From NCBI GenBank assembly GCA_030704615.1, contig CM060731.1:81964001-82028000 (forward strand): DNA of 64,000 nt, written 5' to 3'. Shown here piece by piece: positions 47,931-61,023 of the stretch (within the stretch, counting starts at the first letter, position 1; each line of letters starts with the position of its first letter). The notes under the pieces are model-generated. The model was given only the letters and a program-made list of their open reading frames with translations, was not told the origin of the DNA and made no database searches. The position numbers and the translations under genes are program-made. Origin of the DNA: Takakia lepidozioides. Taxonomy: Eukaryota > Plantae > Bryophyta.

Positions 47931-50499
47931 AATATGGCTCCAAGAATATTAGCGAAGAACGTTGTGGATCATGGAGGATGGCGGATTGAAGAAAAATGAT
48001 GTTTGCTATTTATTTATTTATAAGTCTCAAGTATGAAATGTGGCGATGATCTTAGAAGTGCAATAGAAAAGTAGTGGCGATGTATTTTCATACGAGGGGA
48101 AAAAATATTGGCCATAATTTTCAAAAAAAAAAAACATTAATGAAGTTAATGTATCATTTGCGATAGTGCAATATAGATGACATGTTCTACAATGTGATTT
48201 TAGTGATCAGATGTGATTCAATGAGATTAGCTCTCCACTTGTTATTCTACTTCCTCTACATGCAAAGTTAATAGCATAAGGGATATGCGTAGATGAGCCA
48301 TGAAACTAATAGTAGGGGAATGTGCTATAGAGGACTTCAGACAGATGCCTTACAAACTTTACGAACGTAAAATAACACCAACCTTCATCGAAAGCACAAC
48401 AAATCCACTTACATCAACTACCTCAATGGTTATTGTTGTTCAACACAAATTCACCTGAACTACTTGAATTAAAAATCATGGTTAGCCTTCCAATACAGCC
48501 ATAGTGTTAGGCAACTTTTTTTTATCCCCATGAAATATGGACAGCCAGCCATGCTCTCAGTTCCTTCACAGTCAAAATATACCACATCTTCATCCCCTTC
48601 CGCTTACCCTGAAAGTTCACACCTTGTGCATACAAGTTGGTTTATATGCAGATGTTTCTCATGAAAGCAATCATCCAAAACAAGTTGAAAAATCAATTGG
48701 GTGGCATCATCACTCAAAGGAATTGTCCCGCCAGATGCACCTCCACTTAACCTAACCTCGAGAAGTGTAGATTCAGTACTATTCCACATGACATCCCTAA
48801 ACATTTTTGCTGCACCCCAATCCACCCAATCTGTAGGCAGGGAGTACAAACCAAGTTCATGGTTGGGGTTTCCGGTATCCACACAAAATTCCCTTAGATT
48901 AGGATCAACAACAGATCAGGCAGGGTTAGTTTTTACCTCTTCTTCCGGATCAAAATGGGAATTTAATCTAACCTTTTAGAGAATTCACAGCACTAGGAGA
49001 TCCATACCAACCATGTCTTATACGCTCATAGTACATTCGAAAGCATTTGAAAGCAGCAAATGCAAAAATGATTACGAAAACAATCATTCTTTCACAAAGT
49101 GCTTGAAGGCCAAAGCATAATTGAGTTTTTCAAATCAGACAAACAGAGAAGAATCAGATCAAAATCTCTAGAAAATTTTGTAATTTCTATATCTCGATAA
49201 ATAGACGGAAGAACTGGTGTCTGGATGTTGGAACGCTAGAAGACACAATACCTAAGGATCTGGATCAGGCACTGGTGCAGAGTCTACAACACAACTTTTA
49301 ATCCTACCTACAAGATGTTCTCATTGCTTCCGCATCTTCTCCAAAATAGCTCCATATCTGTGTGTACAGAAGCTACGTCAATAATTGAGCTCCAATAGAA
49401 CCTCCTAAGACTCCAACCAAGATTTTAAGGTAAAATGACAATTGCAACCATCATTGAGCACCAAATGGGTGCTCCCAATTCCAATTCAAAAGGCTAAAGG
49501 TCCGAACTGAAAACCCTAAATTCTGACCATAGCACTTATCCCGCAAGACAGAAACATCTCTCATGCTCATTGAGCATACCTGAGGACCTTCAAACCAACT
49601 CTAACAACTTACAACAATGATGAATTCTTAAGACTTAAATTTCTACAAGCCTCATATTTATAGATAGCTTCAACAGATAACGAGAGCGCTATAATTCTCA
49701 ATAGCCTCTACAAGAAAGAAGGTTCAAGATTCCCTCCACAAAGTGCCCCTTTGCAAGCATATGCATAACACAAGAAATGCCTGCTTCAATAGTTTTGATG
49801 TACAGATTTACACAAGATCAAGAGTAATGTGATCTTAAATCAAGTGTTGTAAAAAGATTACCATATTATATATTTGGACTTATAGTAGCATATAGCTGAT
49901 TCCAAGTTTAGGTCTAGTGCACAAACATGAGATAGACATTCAAATCTCTATAGAGCATAGCAGATGACTTTTAAATATCAAGGTGAAGCTTCTAAAAAAT
50001 ATCAAGGGCATGCAATTTATGTTGGTTGTTGTAGCTCCATCTTTCTTCGATTAATCAAGGTAATTATCAAATTCATCCCCCAAAGTATAGAACTAATAGA
50101 TTTACTCATGTTTAAAGCTAGCACGGAGGTGAGGTGATCTAAGTAAAAGGCCATAGTTACCTTTAGTCAAGCTACTATAAAATTCTCGATACCGATCCTC
50201 GCATGGTTCTTGCTTACTACCAAGTCCTGGTAATGAACGGGCTCCAACGGCACATAACTTTGACACTTTAGTTCATTACACAGCACAATACTAGTACAAG
50301 AAGATAATTGGTTGAAGAAGATAACTCGTTTCTTTCTTGATTCTATTAGATGCACTCAAAATTGACAGTAACCCAAAATTTGGATTCTATGTGATGTAAT
50401 TGAAATATGTCTGAATTATCACCGGCAAAAAATATATATTGCCAACTTCTGATTTACATATTACATCTTAAACTCTACTTCCCCGCTGATAATGATGCA

Positions 50500-51330
50500 C
50501 TGAAGCTGTACGATTACAATTGCAATGTACATGGTTGCTTCCCTGTCATTTTCAACCTGCAAAACAATATCTGCATTGAGAATGATAACTCTAACCCAAC
50601 CATCCCGGACGGTAATTTCATTTGGTTGCTCAAATTGGTGAACATACCAAGTAGGTTCTTCTTGAGGTCGGGATCAGAGATGACCAGCCCTTCAGCAAGG
50701 GAGCCAAGCAGCTCCCTGACCTTGGGCACACATCTTGCACTGCCACCAACAACATTTTGTTCGATATGCGTGTTGAAGACATGTCATTCTGCAAGTCCCT
50801 CTTGTCTAGAAATTGCCAGAAAAACGTCATATAAGAAATCCGCTCGAAGGGCAAGGAGCATTGAGAAGGGATAAAAACAAACCTTCGTCTATCTTCTCCT
50901 TCAACTTGGCATCGTGCAACATCTTCGTTAGTCTGAACATGATGAGGTTTACCAGCACGTCCGCCACCACGACCGATTTCGGCTGACACAACCGGAAGTC
51001 TGACCAAGAGTCATGCTGGTCTCTCAAAAATGCTATGAACTCGAGACCATCAACCTCTTCGGACAATTCCAGCTTCTTAATCCATCTATTGTAGGGCTTC
51101 GTGCCGCAACCTGCCTTTCGCATCATCATAATAGTGTTGGTTGCACGGAGGGAAAGGGTAGCCATCAAAACCTTGTTCCATTGAAGATTGAGGAAGTTTG
51201 TGTGTCAATTCATCAAACTAGACTCATGCATTTATCGCTATATGTCCCCACTTACCATTTATTGTATTCCACCAATCTTTGCCAAAAGATTGGTGGAATT
51301 GGTCATTTATCGGTGGACTCGATTGGTGGA
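50500..51330 (-). pseudogene. Degenerate protein-coding remnant, possibly a P-loop NTPase
   Basis: Overlapping ORF pieces at 50514-51168. IMMMRKAGCGTK resembles a decayed Walker A and MLLVAVQD a Walker B. Confidence 0.3.
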
Positions 51331-53802
51331 AGTGGACATCTTTTTAGTACACCAAATATTTGAAGTAGTTAATGTTATGAATAGAGCTGCATAGAGATTT
51401 CAATTGGTTAGAAGCGGGTGTTTGCCTTGAAGAGATTGGATCATTCATAAAGCGAAATATGTTGTCACCTAAAGACAAGAATCCTTACTACTAGATCAAA
51501 TATATGGTGTTTGATGTTGACACTCTGGTGATACACAGTCCATACTCAAGGTGATACCCCAGTGATACTCAAGATGATTCCGATATTGTAACTTGTCTAG
51601 TTCCTTGTGATGTATTTTCAACAAAATTCCAAAATTCCTTCAAATTTTGCAAGAACTAATACAGATTCTTGAAACATGATTTCCTAAACAGGATTAGGAG
51701 GGTGTGCATCTAATTAGGTGCCGGCAGCAGGGGAGTGAAGGTTCATCATGTTGTCCCAAAGCAAGGTCGCAAGTGGGCTACAAAGGCTGTGAGGGGTATG
51801 GACAACTATGAGGATTAATTATATGTAACTGATGACGGTGAGCGCTGATTACGGGGAATTTACACCGACCTGAGATTACAATATTTGGAATCTGGATGGT
51901 AAAATGAATTAAGTTCTAAGCTGCTACTGCAGAGGGGAGGCAGAAGTGCAGGCCCGGGCCTTGGCACTGCAAAACAAACTCGTCGCCAAGCCAAGAGAAG
52001 GTGCAAGACTGCAAGTGGCTATGGGTGGCTGACATAATTAATGGATAATAGAGGATTTTCCAGACAAGGATGCAGGGTGATCAGTCATCAGAGCCCAGCC
52101 AAGGGATAGGCAGAGTGATGAGAAGACTTGGTAAGTTGGTAATCTCCAATGGTGCCGTGAGATGGCAAATGGGAGCATGATGCCGGGAGGTTGGAACGTT
52201 GGAGGATTGCTTCATTGCTCCTCACTTGTTTTGCATTGTACATAGCTTTCCACCCACACAAGTGTTGGAGTTCCACAATAAGCAAGTGCAAAATTCATAT
52301 TACACATCCCAACCGCATTCAGAAGTAGGGTTTTGAAGTAGAGTTTTCAAGTGTGAAATTATGTGACTGGGCTATTTTCTTATCATCACTTTCACATTAT
52401 TTATTTATAAAATTGTTGAATTATGTATTTTGTACAAGATTTTCTTAAAGTTTGTGCTTACAAGGATTCAAAAGCAACCCCATATGTAACATACTTGCAA
52501 ACGCATGCACAAACTTGAAATGTTACACATATGTAGTAGTTGTTTAATTCTATTCTTTAAGGTTAAAATTATATACGTGTGTCTGTGTGTGTTCCCGGGG
52601 GGGGGCTGCCTGGGTGCCTGTATGTGATCCTTTGAAAAAAAGATCTCCATCTTAAAAGATGGGATAGAACAAGTGCAAAATTTGTCATACCATTCAACTT
52701 AGATTGAATGGTTGGGATTTATCAAACACGTTAACATTCTTTAGCATTGAGAATTTTCATGTGTGTATGGAAATTAGTTGCTGTTGCATTTGGACGTTCT
52801 GTGTAGGCTAGTGTTGATGTATAGGGTATTTTTCTTGTTTCCTAAGATGATTTACTCCCCTCTTTTGTATGAACCCGCGCCTTCCACCCGGACAAATCAT
52901 TCATGACTGGAGCACACATGCAAGGTCAGGACTTCGTTTGAATCTGACAATGTTTGGGATTGACACTCGGCACATATACTGATTGGCTCGTCAAAGTTTC
53001 ACATGTAAGTATCTGTCAATCCAGCAGGACCTGGGAAAAAGTGGACATGTCCAACGAGCTGCTGTGCGGTTGGAAACTTTCCGGGCGTTTGAACTACTGC
53101 GCGAAAGCCCGGCTGCATTGGATCCTCTCCGTTACTCTTTGCCGACGTTCCAGCTAGTAGCTGACAATTTCCTTTTCGATTGTTCACGTAACACTTTCGT
53201 GTGGATTAAAAGTCAACGGATGATGCTTAGAAGGTAGCTCATCCTCCCTGCATGCAGGTTTGGGTGAGAGAGTACTAGAGTTTGCGCATTCAGAATTCAA
53301 CGTCCCCAAGTCCTGATTCAGTTCAACGTAAAGTGGGTTAAGCCAGAAACTCTGCAGGACGTTTTGTCGCTCATTTCTGCAACACATGCAACACAATCAT
53401 TTCAATTTTCAGGTGATTTTGTAGAACTTACCTCATCCACTATCACTTGCATGCCTTGGAAACGTAAAATTTCCTAAAAGACCAAGACATAGTCGAGATA
53501 TGTACAGCACGTATCATTTACCAGAAAAACCTTGAACAGTTTTTTTGAAATATCATGTAGAGATCATTTTGTCGGGGATTCATGCAAGTTCTCTGGTACA
53601 TGTAATACTTCGCAAACAGTTAGCAATAATTCTTTGAGTATAAGGGAAGTGTGGCCAGAGTTTGAACTGCAGACCACAAGGCATGGAGTAGACACATTAA
53701 TAACAATGTGATAATATGATCAGGCAATCAAGCGCCTGCGCCAACCTGCGCAGAGGGAATTCTGGCTTCTAAGTTCTGACCTAGCTCTTTTGTTGTTGGT
53801 AC

Positions 53803-54618
53803 AAACGTCCGGGGAGAACCGGCAGCCAGTTACATGCTAGCCGACTGAATTCCAGAATTTCCGAATGAAATATGAAACCTCAGGAAATGGATCCGAGGGA
53901 AAAAATGGCCGAAGTGGAAATCAACCGGGTGCCCTACTTTTAGGAAGGATATTTGCCTTCCCATTTCATTACAGACAGGAAATCTGCCTTAGTTGGCAAG
54001 GCATGGACGGATTCCGGCCCTTCTTATATTACAAAAAATGGAAATGGCCGTCGAAGTCCACCACATGGCAGAAATCCAACGTGCCAGGCCGGGTTACATC
54101 CAAGGAAGGGCGTTTAGGTGAAAAAATATTGAACTCAAAGAGGGCGGGCCCGCGGGCAAACCCTACTAAGTCTGGACGTTGCTCTCGCAGCCCCAGCCCC
54201 ACGCCTGCTTGCAATCGCTGCCTGCTATCACAGCTCACCTGTCCACGCGGGTTCAATTCTTGGCCTCCATGTGGTTTGAAGGCATTGACAGGTCCAACTT
54301 CTATAAGGATACAATGTTCTTCACTTGTTTGAATTGCTTAAAACTGGTTGTGATTATTTATTATTATTATTATTTACTTATTGTTGTGCATTTGACACTT
54401 GTGTTGTCAACCGGTTGATATTTATAAGGGCTGGATTTATAGCTGAACACAAAATAAATCATTAGGAATATTACCGGTTGTAAAGAAATTATCTCGGAAA
54501 TTGACCGGGTATAGTTACCACTAAGGGGCAGCAACCGACTGCCCAACCCACTTAGCCGATTGCTGCTGGGAATGAGCGGCTACTGGCTGGTTCAACTGAA
54601 ATTATTTCCCGGACGCTG
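53803..54618. mobile_element. Non-autonomous hAT-like element (816 bp)
   Basis: 8-bp TSD GTTGGTAC at 53795-53802 and 54619-54626. Ends AAACGTCCGGG / CCCGGACGCTG. The right end is also present at 5982-6043. Confidence 0.75.
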
Positions 54619-54674
54619 GTTGGTACTCTAAGCTTATTTATTACCAATGAAGTACCCAGCACTTGAATATACAC

Positions 54675-54979
54675 TGAATATCTCTCATCTGCTCATCTGA
54701 CTCATCTGTGGTAAATAAACCATAAACCACCATCAAGACTTAAGGCCCGAGCTGGACACAGAAGAGTTAGAAGACTCAAGAGGAGAGAGATTTCTGTATC
54801 TGGTAAAGTCCAGGAGTCAAGGTGAATATCTCTCATCTGCTCATCTGACTCATCTGTGGTAAATAAACCATAAACCACCATCAAGACTTAAGGCCCGAGC
54901 TGGACACAGAAGAGTTATAGAAGACTCAAGAGGAGAGAGATTTCATTATTGTATCTGGTAAAGTCCAGGAGTCAAGGTG
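54675..54979. repeat. Tandem duplication of about 150 bp
   Basis: 54675-54823 versus 54822-54979, differing by two small indels. Confidence 0.9.
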
Positions 54980-56893
54980 CACCGTACGTACGTGTGCACA
55001 AGGGGACGCACGTTCCTGAAAAACTAATTCATCCGTAGATCCGTACTCACTGACAGGAATTTCGCATGCGATTCGGGTTGTGAACTTTAGGTTACTGTTA
55101 ATTTACGGTTTGAGTGTGGCAGACTTCTGTTCTTCGAAAAACTGTCAAGGTTCAACGACGGAACATGTACTCAAATGATGTCTTAAGACCTATCAGTATT
55201 CACACACACCTCGAGAACTTCACATTCATGACCGACGTCGTGTGTGGAGACGCCGATTCTCACCTGGGTTGGGTTGCGGGCAGTATTGAAGGTGCTGGTA
55301 AGTAGCCTAGTCCATAGTCAAAGCCCGTCAAAGTCCCTTACTCGGCGGGAAATTGGAATAGAGAGCTTGCCAGTGGTTTAGTGCTAGCATTATTGATTAG
55401 ACGTAGTTGAGATCACTCATGTAGCCCGCCACTGCAGGCAGTTCTCCGACTAAGACTCATTAAATAACTAAGATCAGATCTTGCAGCCTAGCAATTGAAA
55501 AATTCTGCTGCTGGGACTTCAGACAAATGATTGGGATTCACTATTGTTTTGACGATGAAAACATGATCCAGATTCCAAATACATTGAAATGCAGACGTTG
55601 ATGGTGCCATCAGATAAGTTAGTCGATTTCTGGTGGATTTTGAGAGAACGGCTATCCAACTGATATTTTCGATTCTCTCCCTTTCCTGTACATACACGAT
55701 TCTCACCGAGTCTACAGAAGTACAAGTATTTGCAGTACTAAGTGAAATGGTTACTAATGGATCTCTTATGATTTCTCTTGATGCGAGTCTTAATTGACTA
55801 GTTTTATGACCGCTTGTACCAGTTATACAGACACCTAGATATCCAGTATCCATGGGCAGGCAATACATAAGTTATCACTAAACACTTGAATTCTCACACT
55901 TGATAGCTACAGAAGCATGTGTGCGAACCAAAGCTTCGTGCTCGATTTCATGCTTTCAATAAGTTCCTGTGTGAAACCAAGGACAGGGAATACTCCTAGG
56001 CTACCGGGCTTCGGTCTAGTCACGGTACAGCACGCATTTCACACACAATGATACGATGAGATACGAAAATACATCATACGTATACCCGTATAAAAGTTGG
56101 TGAATACTAAGTATAGAAGAGGGTTAAAACCAATCAAATTACAGGAACGTTTGCACGACACCCAAAGTGTGGCCTATTCTCTTTGCCCTAATTTTAGCTC
56201 ACATTTAATTGTGCAAACATGAAATCCTTCATCAAACCATGATGCTCCTGATGGATATCATTCAAGGATGAAAAAAGAGAGTAATTCTAGCATTTCTTTC
56301 CCTTCTCATAATTTTTTCGCTCTCGTTCATTCATGGAACTTGGGCTTTTGATTTGGTTTTGAATAGTATTTTGGATGAAAAAGATGGGATAAAATGAATC
56401 CCATATCAAATGAATCCCGGAATCTCTCATGGCCGCTATTTTTTCCATGACTCCTCTTACTATGACTTAACGGGCTTCTATCGACCGTTTCTTCTCCTTT
56501 GAGACACAAATATATATCAAAGCCGGAAGGCTATGGATTTTGCGTCGTCATAATTTCCATAGGTCAATCATTCTGGAATCATTTATAAGGTCAATGAAGT
56601 TTGGTATCACATTGAAGTTTGGTATGGGATGCTAATAATAATAATGTTCGTGAATCCATTTCCTCATCAAACCTTCATTCAAAACTCTATAATGATTCAT
56701 GATCATACAAACCTCATAAAGATTGTTATCATTGGATTCCATGTTTCAAATTTGCACTCTAATATGCGTTTGTTGGCTCAGGGAAAACTTGTACATATGT
56801 CACATTGTCAACACCGCCATGCTTTGTACTTTAAGACCTTAATTAAAGGGGTCAAATCCTGCTACCTTGATGAGTGTGGTGAAAATAACATAT

Positions 56894-57030
56894 GACGCCT
56901 CCCCAAGGAAGCGTAAGTAAATTAGGGTGTCTCTTGAAGGGCTACTGCCTTCCAGCAGGAAGTGGACATTTGTGACACCAATCGGTGGATTGAACCCACA
57001 ACCACTTCCGCCCATTACCACTGGGCTACA
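56894..57030 (-). mobile_element. tRNA-derived SINE
   Basis: A-box TAGCCCAGTGG and B-box GGTTCAATCC. Homologous to 24381-24536. Confidence 0.75.
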
Positions 57031-60000
57031 ACTTGGTCGCTTAGGCCCAAGCGAATTACTGTGAAAGAGGTTATTTTTTCCTCTCACTATAATTAAGGGG
57101 CCTGATTTGTGAGCCAGGTGTTTCCCTTTGAAAAACATAAAAAAATAAAAGGTTTAAAACCAACACTGATAGGAAGGACGCATTAAAAAACCGCCCAGCA
57201 TATCTAATGTATGTCACATCCAAGGGGAAGGGGCTCTTATTTACGGAGGCTTCGGTGGCAGTCTTCTTTCTGTTGGTGTGTCACATCCATTTATTTGACG
57301 TTCCCATTTCTGTTGATTGCTTGTGAATTGCGTATGGCCTACTACAAAGGAAAAGGAATGCTTTTTAAATTTTGTTCATGGAGAACCGTATAATTGAGGA
57401 CCCACATTTCTCGTATCGTTAAATTTAAAATTTTATAGGGGGGGTTTCTATGAGGAAGTTTGTTTGTTTGTGGATGATGGTGCCCACAGTAAGACTTTAT
57501 ATGACTCATCTAATGTAATATATAAGTATGTTGCTAGCATCAACCATTCCAACGTATGCATTGGTGAAAGCAATGCTTTGTATGCATCTCCTTTTCCCTC
57601 AAAAAAGTAACAGTAAAATAGAAAATCATCGCCCCACAGAAGACAATGATGATACTTATAAAAAAAAAGAGAAGTTATCATGGTCCCAATAATAAGACCA
57701 GGCCCCGGGATCCTGGCAGCTTACAAATGAGTAGGTGTTATTAACTGGTTATTGGTGTGGCACAGGTCAATCTACATGATGTCACTCTGACATTAGCAAA
57801 CAAACAAACGAGCAGTTCACCTCCCCACACTCACACTCTGCCACACTGTGCAGGTAGCCGCTGCACATTGCTTGGCTTCATTCACAGTCTTCAAGATCTC
57901 TTCACGGATCCTCATCACAATTGTGTGTATGTGTGTGTGCGCTTCTGCATCTCCCCATGCACTTGCTTGTGTGGAAGTTCACCTTCTGCAGTGTCTTGTC
58001 CTGCACACTGCAAGTTGATCACCTTCTCCCTGCAAGCTGTCTGCCAGGACTCCAACTTTTGAACGCAGGACTGCCCTATTGTGGATTTATCCTAGCCCAC
58101 CTTCAGTTTAATATATTTCTTTCTACTGAACAAAAAAGAAGAAAGCCTACTACCTAGTTCTGGGTTCAATTTACTAAGTTCCCGTTATGAAAACCGATCA
58201 ATGAAAACAGTTTGTTTTTAAATTCTACAATTCCGGGAGGCACTACGTGTCCAGTTCTAACGTTCCCGGAATCTGATGATTCCTTGCCGGGAATTATGGA
58301 GAGTAACGGCGACCACGCACGCGACGTGTGGGCGATGTTGGCACGGTGCCACGGACAGTTCGTAGTCGGCCGCTGCGGCGTCGCGTCGCACGGCCGTGCT
58401 ACACGTGCCGCGGTAGCCCGGTTTTATGGCGCCCGGGCCCGCCTGCTCCCCGTTGCACCAATGCTCCAGCCGGCGTCCGCCTTACCAACTGACCGAGCTG
58501 CAGAACGGGGCCGTGCTCGGGTTCTGGCGAAAGGCGGCGCCGCACGCCGCGCGGGTGTCCACTGTCCGTGTTGGGCATCGAGCCCGGCTGCTCGTACTGG
58601 AGGTGGGAAAGCGGGCCCGGTCCGTGCTGTCGCGGCCGCGGCGCGCTTTATTGATACCCATCGAAGAGGTCCCTTTACGGGGTTGTACGTTATACGATAC
58701 ATTCGCACGTATTTGAAAGGTATATGTATACTCATTTAATATTCATTACAGCGGCCGTAAGCGTAATTCAAAAAGTAGCGTCCCGGGAACTTCCTCCGGC
58801 CGGCGGATATCGCCGGGCCAGCTTGCATTCTCGAGAGAGAGAGAAACGCGGGAGAGCGAGGAGGAGGGTGGCAATGTGAGCGCTGCAGAGGGAGGGAGAT
58901 GATCCGGGGAGGGAAGGAGGCAGTTTGCTTGATTGAGCGAGTGAGAGCCTAGTGGAGAGATTGTCAATTTGGGGAGATGGGTTGCTGTTCCGGGAATGGT
59001 TTTACGGGTTCTGGCAGAACGATGCGCGAGTTGGATAGATTGTTGCATTACAATGCAGCTTGGATGTAGGAATGGATTGCATCAACGAGCTGGGGGATGA
59101 AGCTGAGGAAGTCATGTAAGGAGGCGGAAATATTTGTGCTTTACTGAAGTAGTCTTGTGCCTCGTAAGTAATCTCGATCTCGTTTTGTATCGGTCCGGTC
59201 ATTTTCGTCCGTGTCGGATTCATGGGGCACAAAATTCGATCTGAAATCCTCCGGGTTTTTCTCTCTCTGGGATTTCCTCTTTTTCTAAGCTCACTGCATC
59301 ACCGCATTTATAGGACGGGAGAGAGATACAATTACACAAACTTGAAGTTCTCCGGGGCTCAAGAATGACCTGGCGATTCCAGAATGAGGTTTATCAATGC
59401 CTCGAGGTAATACCATGGTATGACCGAAGGATTTTCGACCGGCTTGCTCCGTTTCCGACACTGCCTTCTCGAGGCTGGATGTGCAATGCAAGATTGGACC
59501 CTTCTTGCTAGGACAAACGTTCTTCCAAAACCTACTGGTACGTACGTGAGTCAGGAATGCACTGGATTTTGAAATCCTTTAGACACGGAAGCAAAAAGCT
59601 GAAATAGGAAGTTTTACTTCTGTAGGCGCCAAGAGATGTGTCCATTATGGTGGCGATAATTTCCTTGGGTACAGAATGATGTGCTATAAATCGCGCTCTT
59701 CAAATACTCCAATGATGCGAATGATGCGATAGCGTTCCAGAGATCCACGCTTCGTGTTTCTGGTGTCTGCATCATTTCTCAGTCAGAATCGTTCCCACAA
59801 TTCAAATCGATCGGGGACCGTCTCTGTACTTGGAGGCTGAATGTCACATTCCCATCCAGTAATTTTGAGCCCTTCTCTAATCCTTTGTAACTCCAATCAC
59901 ATCAACACTACATTTGACCAGTGGAACTAGGTGTGACCAATGGTTGAAGGCTGAATCTACGTCATTGGACGCTGGATCTTCCTTCAGACAAGTAACAGGG

Positions 60001-61023
60001 GCTGTTTGCTGCAAAATTTTCTTTGGTGATGAGAACTTCGGATTCGCCGAATGGCAGAAACATGGCCTGAGTATGGTCATCTGGTTGTTTTTGTAAGCCA
60101 CAAAGGTGGAAGGTGACAGCTCCAGACCTCCGAGGGAGTGCTTGCCAGCTTCTAGATGATATAGCACATGGATGTCTCCTGCCCCATTTCACTGAAACAG
60201 TGGAGACTTCTATTAATTGGGTAGCATCCTTAAATGTGAGTTGCGGAACTCTTACACAGAAGTCTGTCTCCTTTGGAATGGTATTCATCCTAATACAAAT
60301 GTGAGTTGATGCTACTGTATTTATGGTGCTGTTATGGACTGAAGTTGATGAAGGGAAAACCTCTGGGCTGGCATGGGTAGGGGTCCTTCCAAAAGTTCCC
60401 TCTCCATTTTTAAAGAAGGTCAGTATACATCTGTCAATCATAACTCGAAGATGTGGTACTTTTTGGGCGCAATGGGTGCTCCTCTCTGGACAACTGCAAA
60501 GATAAGGAGATTAGGAGAAAGCTGTGAGGGTAAATTTTTTCTTGCTGTAGACATGAGGCTTTGGGTTTCACTCAGAGCCCACAACCCTATTGGATTAGCT
60601 TTTGCAATGCTGAAAGCTACTTCAGTCGCTTTTGGATATTTTGAGACATGGTCTCAGTGCTGTACAGATATGTAAGCAGTTCTTCGGCTGAGATTTGGAT
60701 GCATTCAAGGGGACTCATTCAGGGTCTTTGATGTTTGCTGAAGGAAGTTTTCTTCATTACTCTACATATATTTATTGACTCAGTATTAGACTATCTGGGG
60801 TCTGTTGGACTCTTGCAGGTCTGGTGGGATGTGCAAACTTTTGATACTGGATTGTTATTGGAGAAAGAAATGCCGCTTGAATATGGCTTGTAGGGAATCA
60901 ACAAGCTGCTGTCATAGCCCTCCCCACAGCTGCAAACGATTGGGTTTGCTGTCACATTGGCAGCATTTGGAACCCTGCTGAAAGTGTGTGAGAGTGACGG
61001 CTGCTGAAGAGGAGAGAGTTGCT

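Noticed and set aside
5982-54615. 62-bp perfect inverted repeat 48.5 kb apart as the TIRs of one giant element
   Set aside because: The right copy is the end of a self-contained 816-bp element with its own 8-bp TSD; the left copy is better explained as a fragment of that family.
56280-56620. Possible plastid-derived insert (ycf2-like wording)
   Set aside because: Only a vague impression with no diagnostic motif; it needs a BLASTN against organellar genomes.
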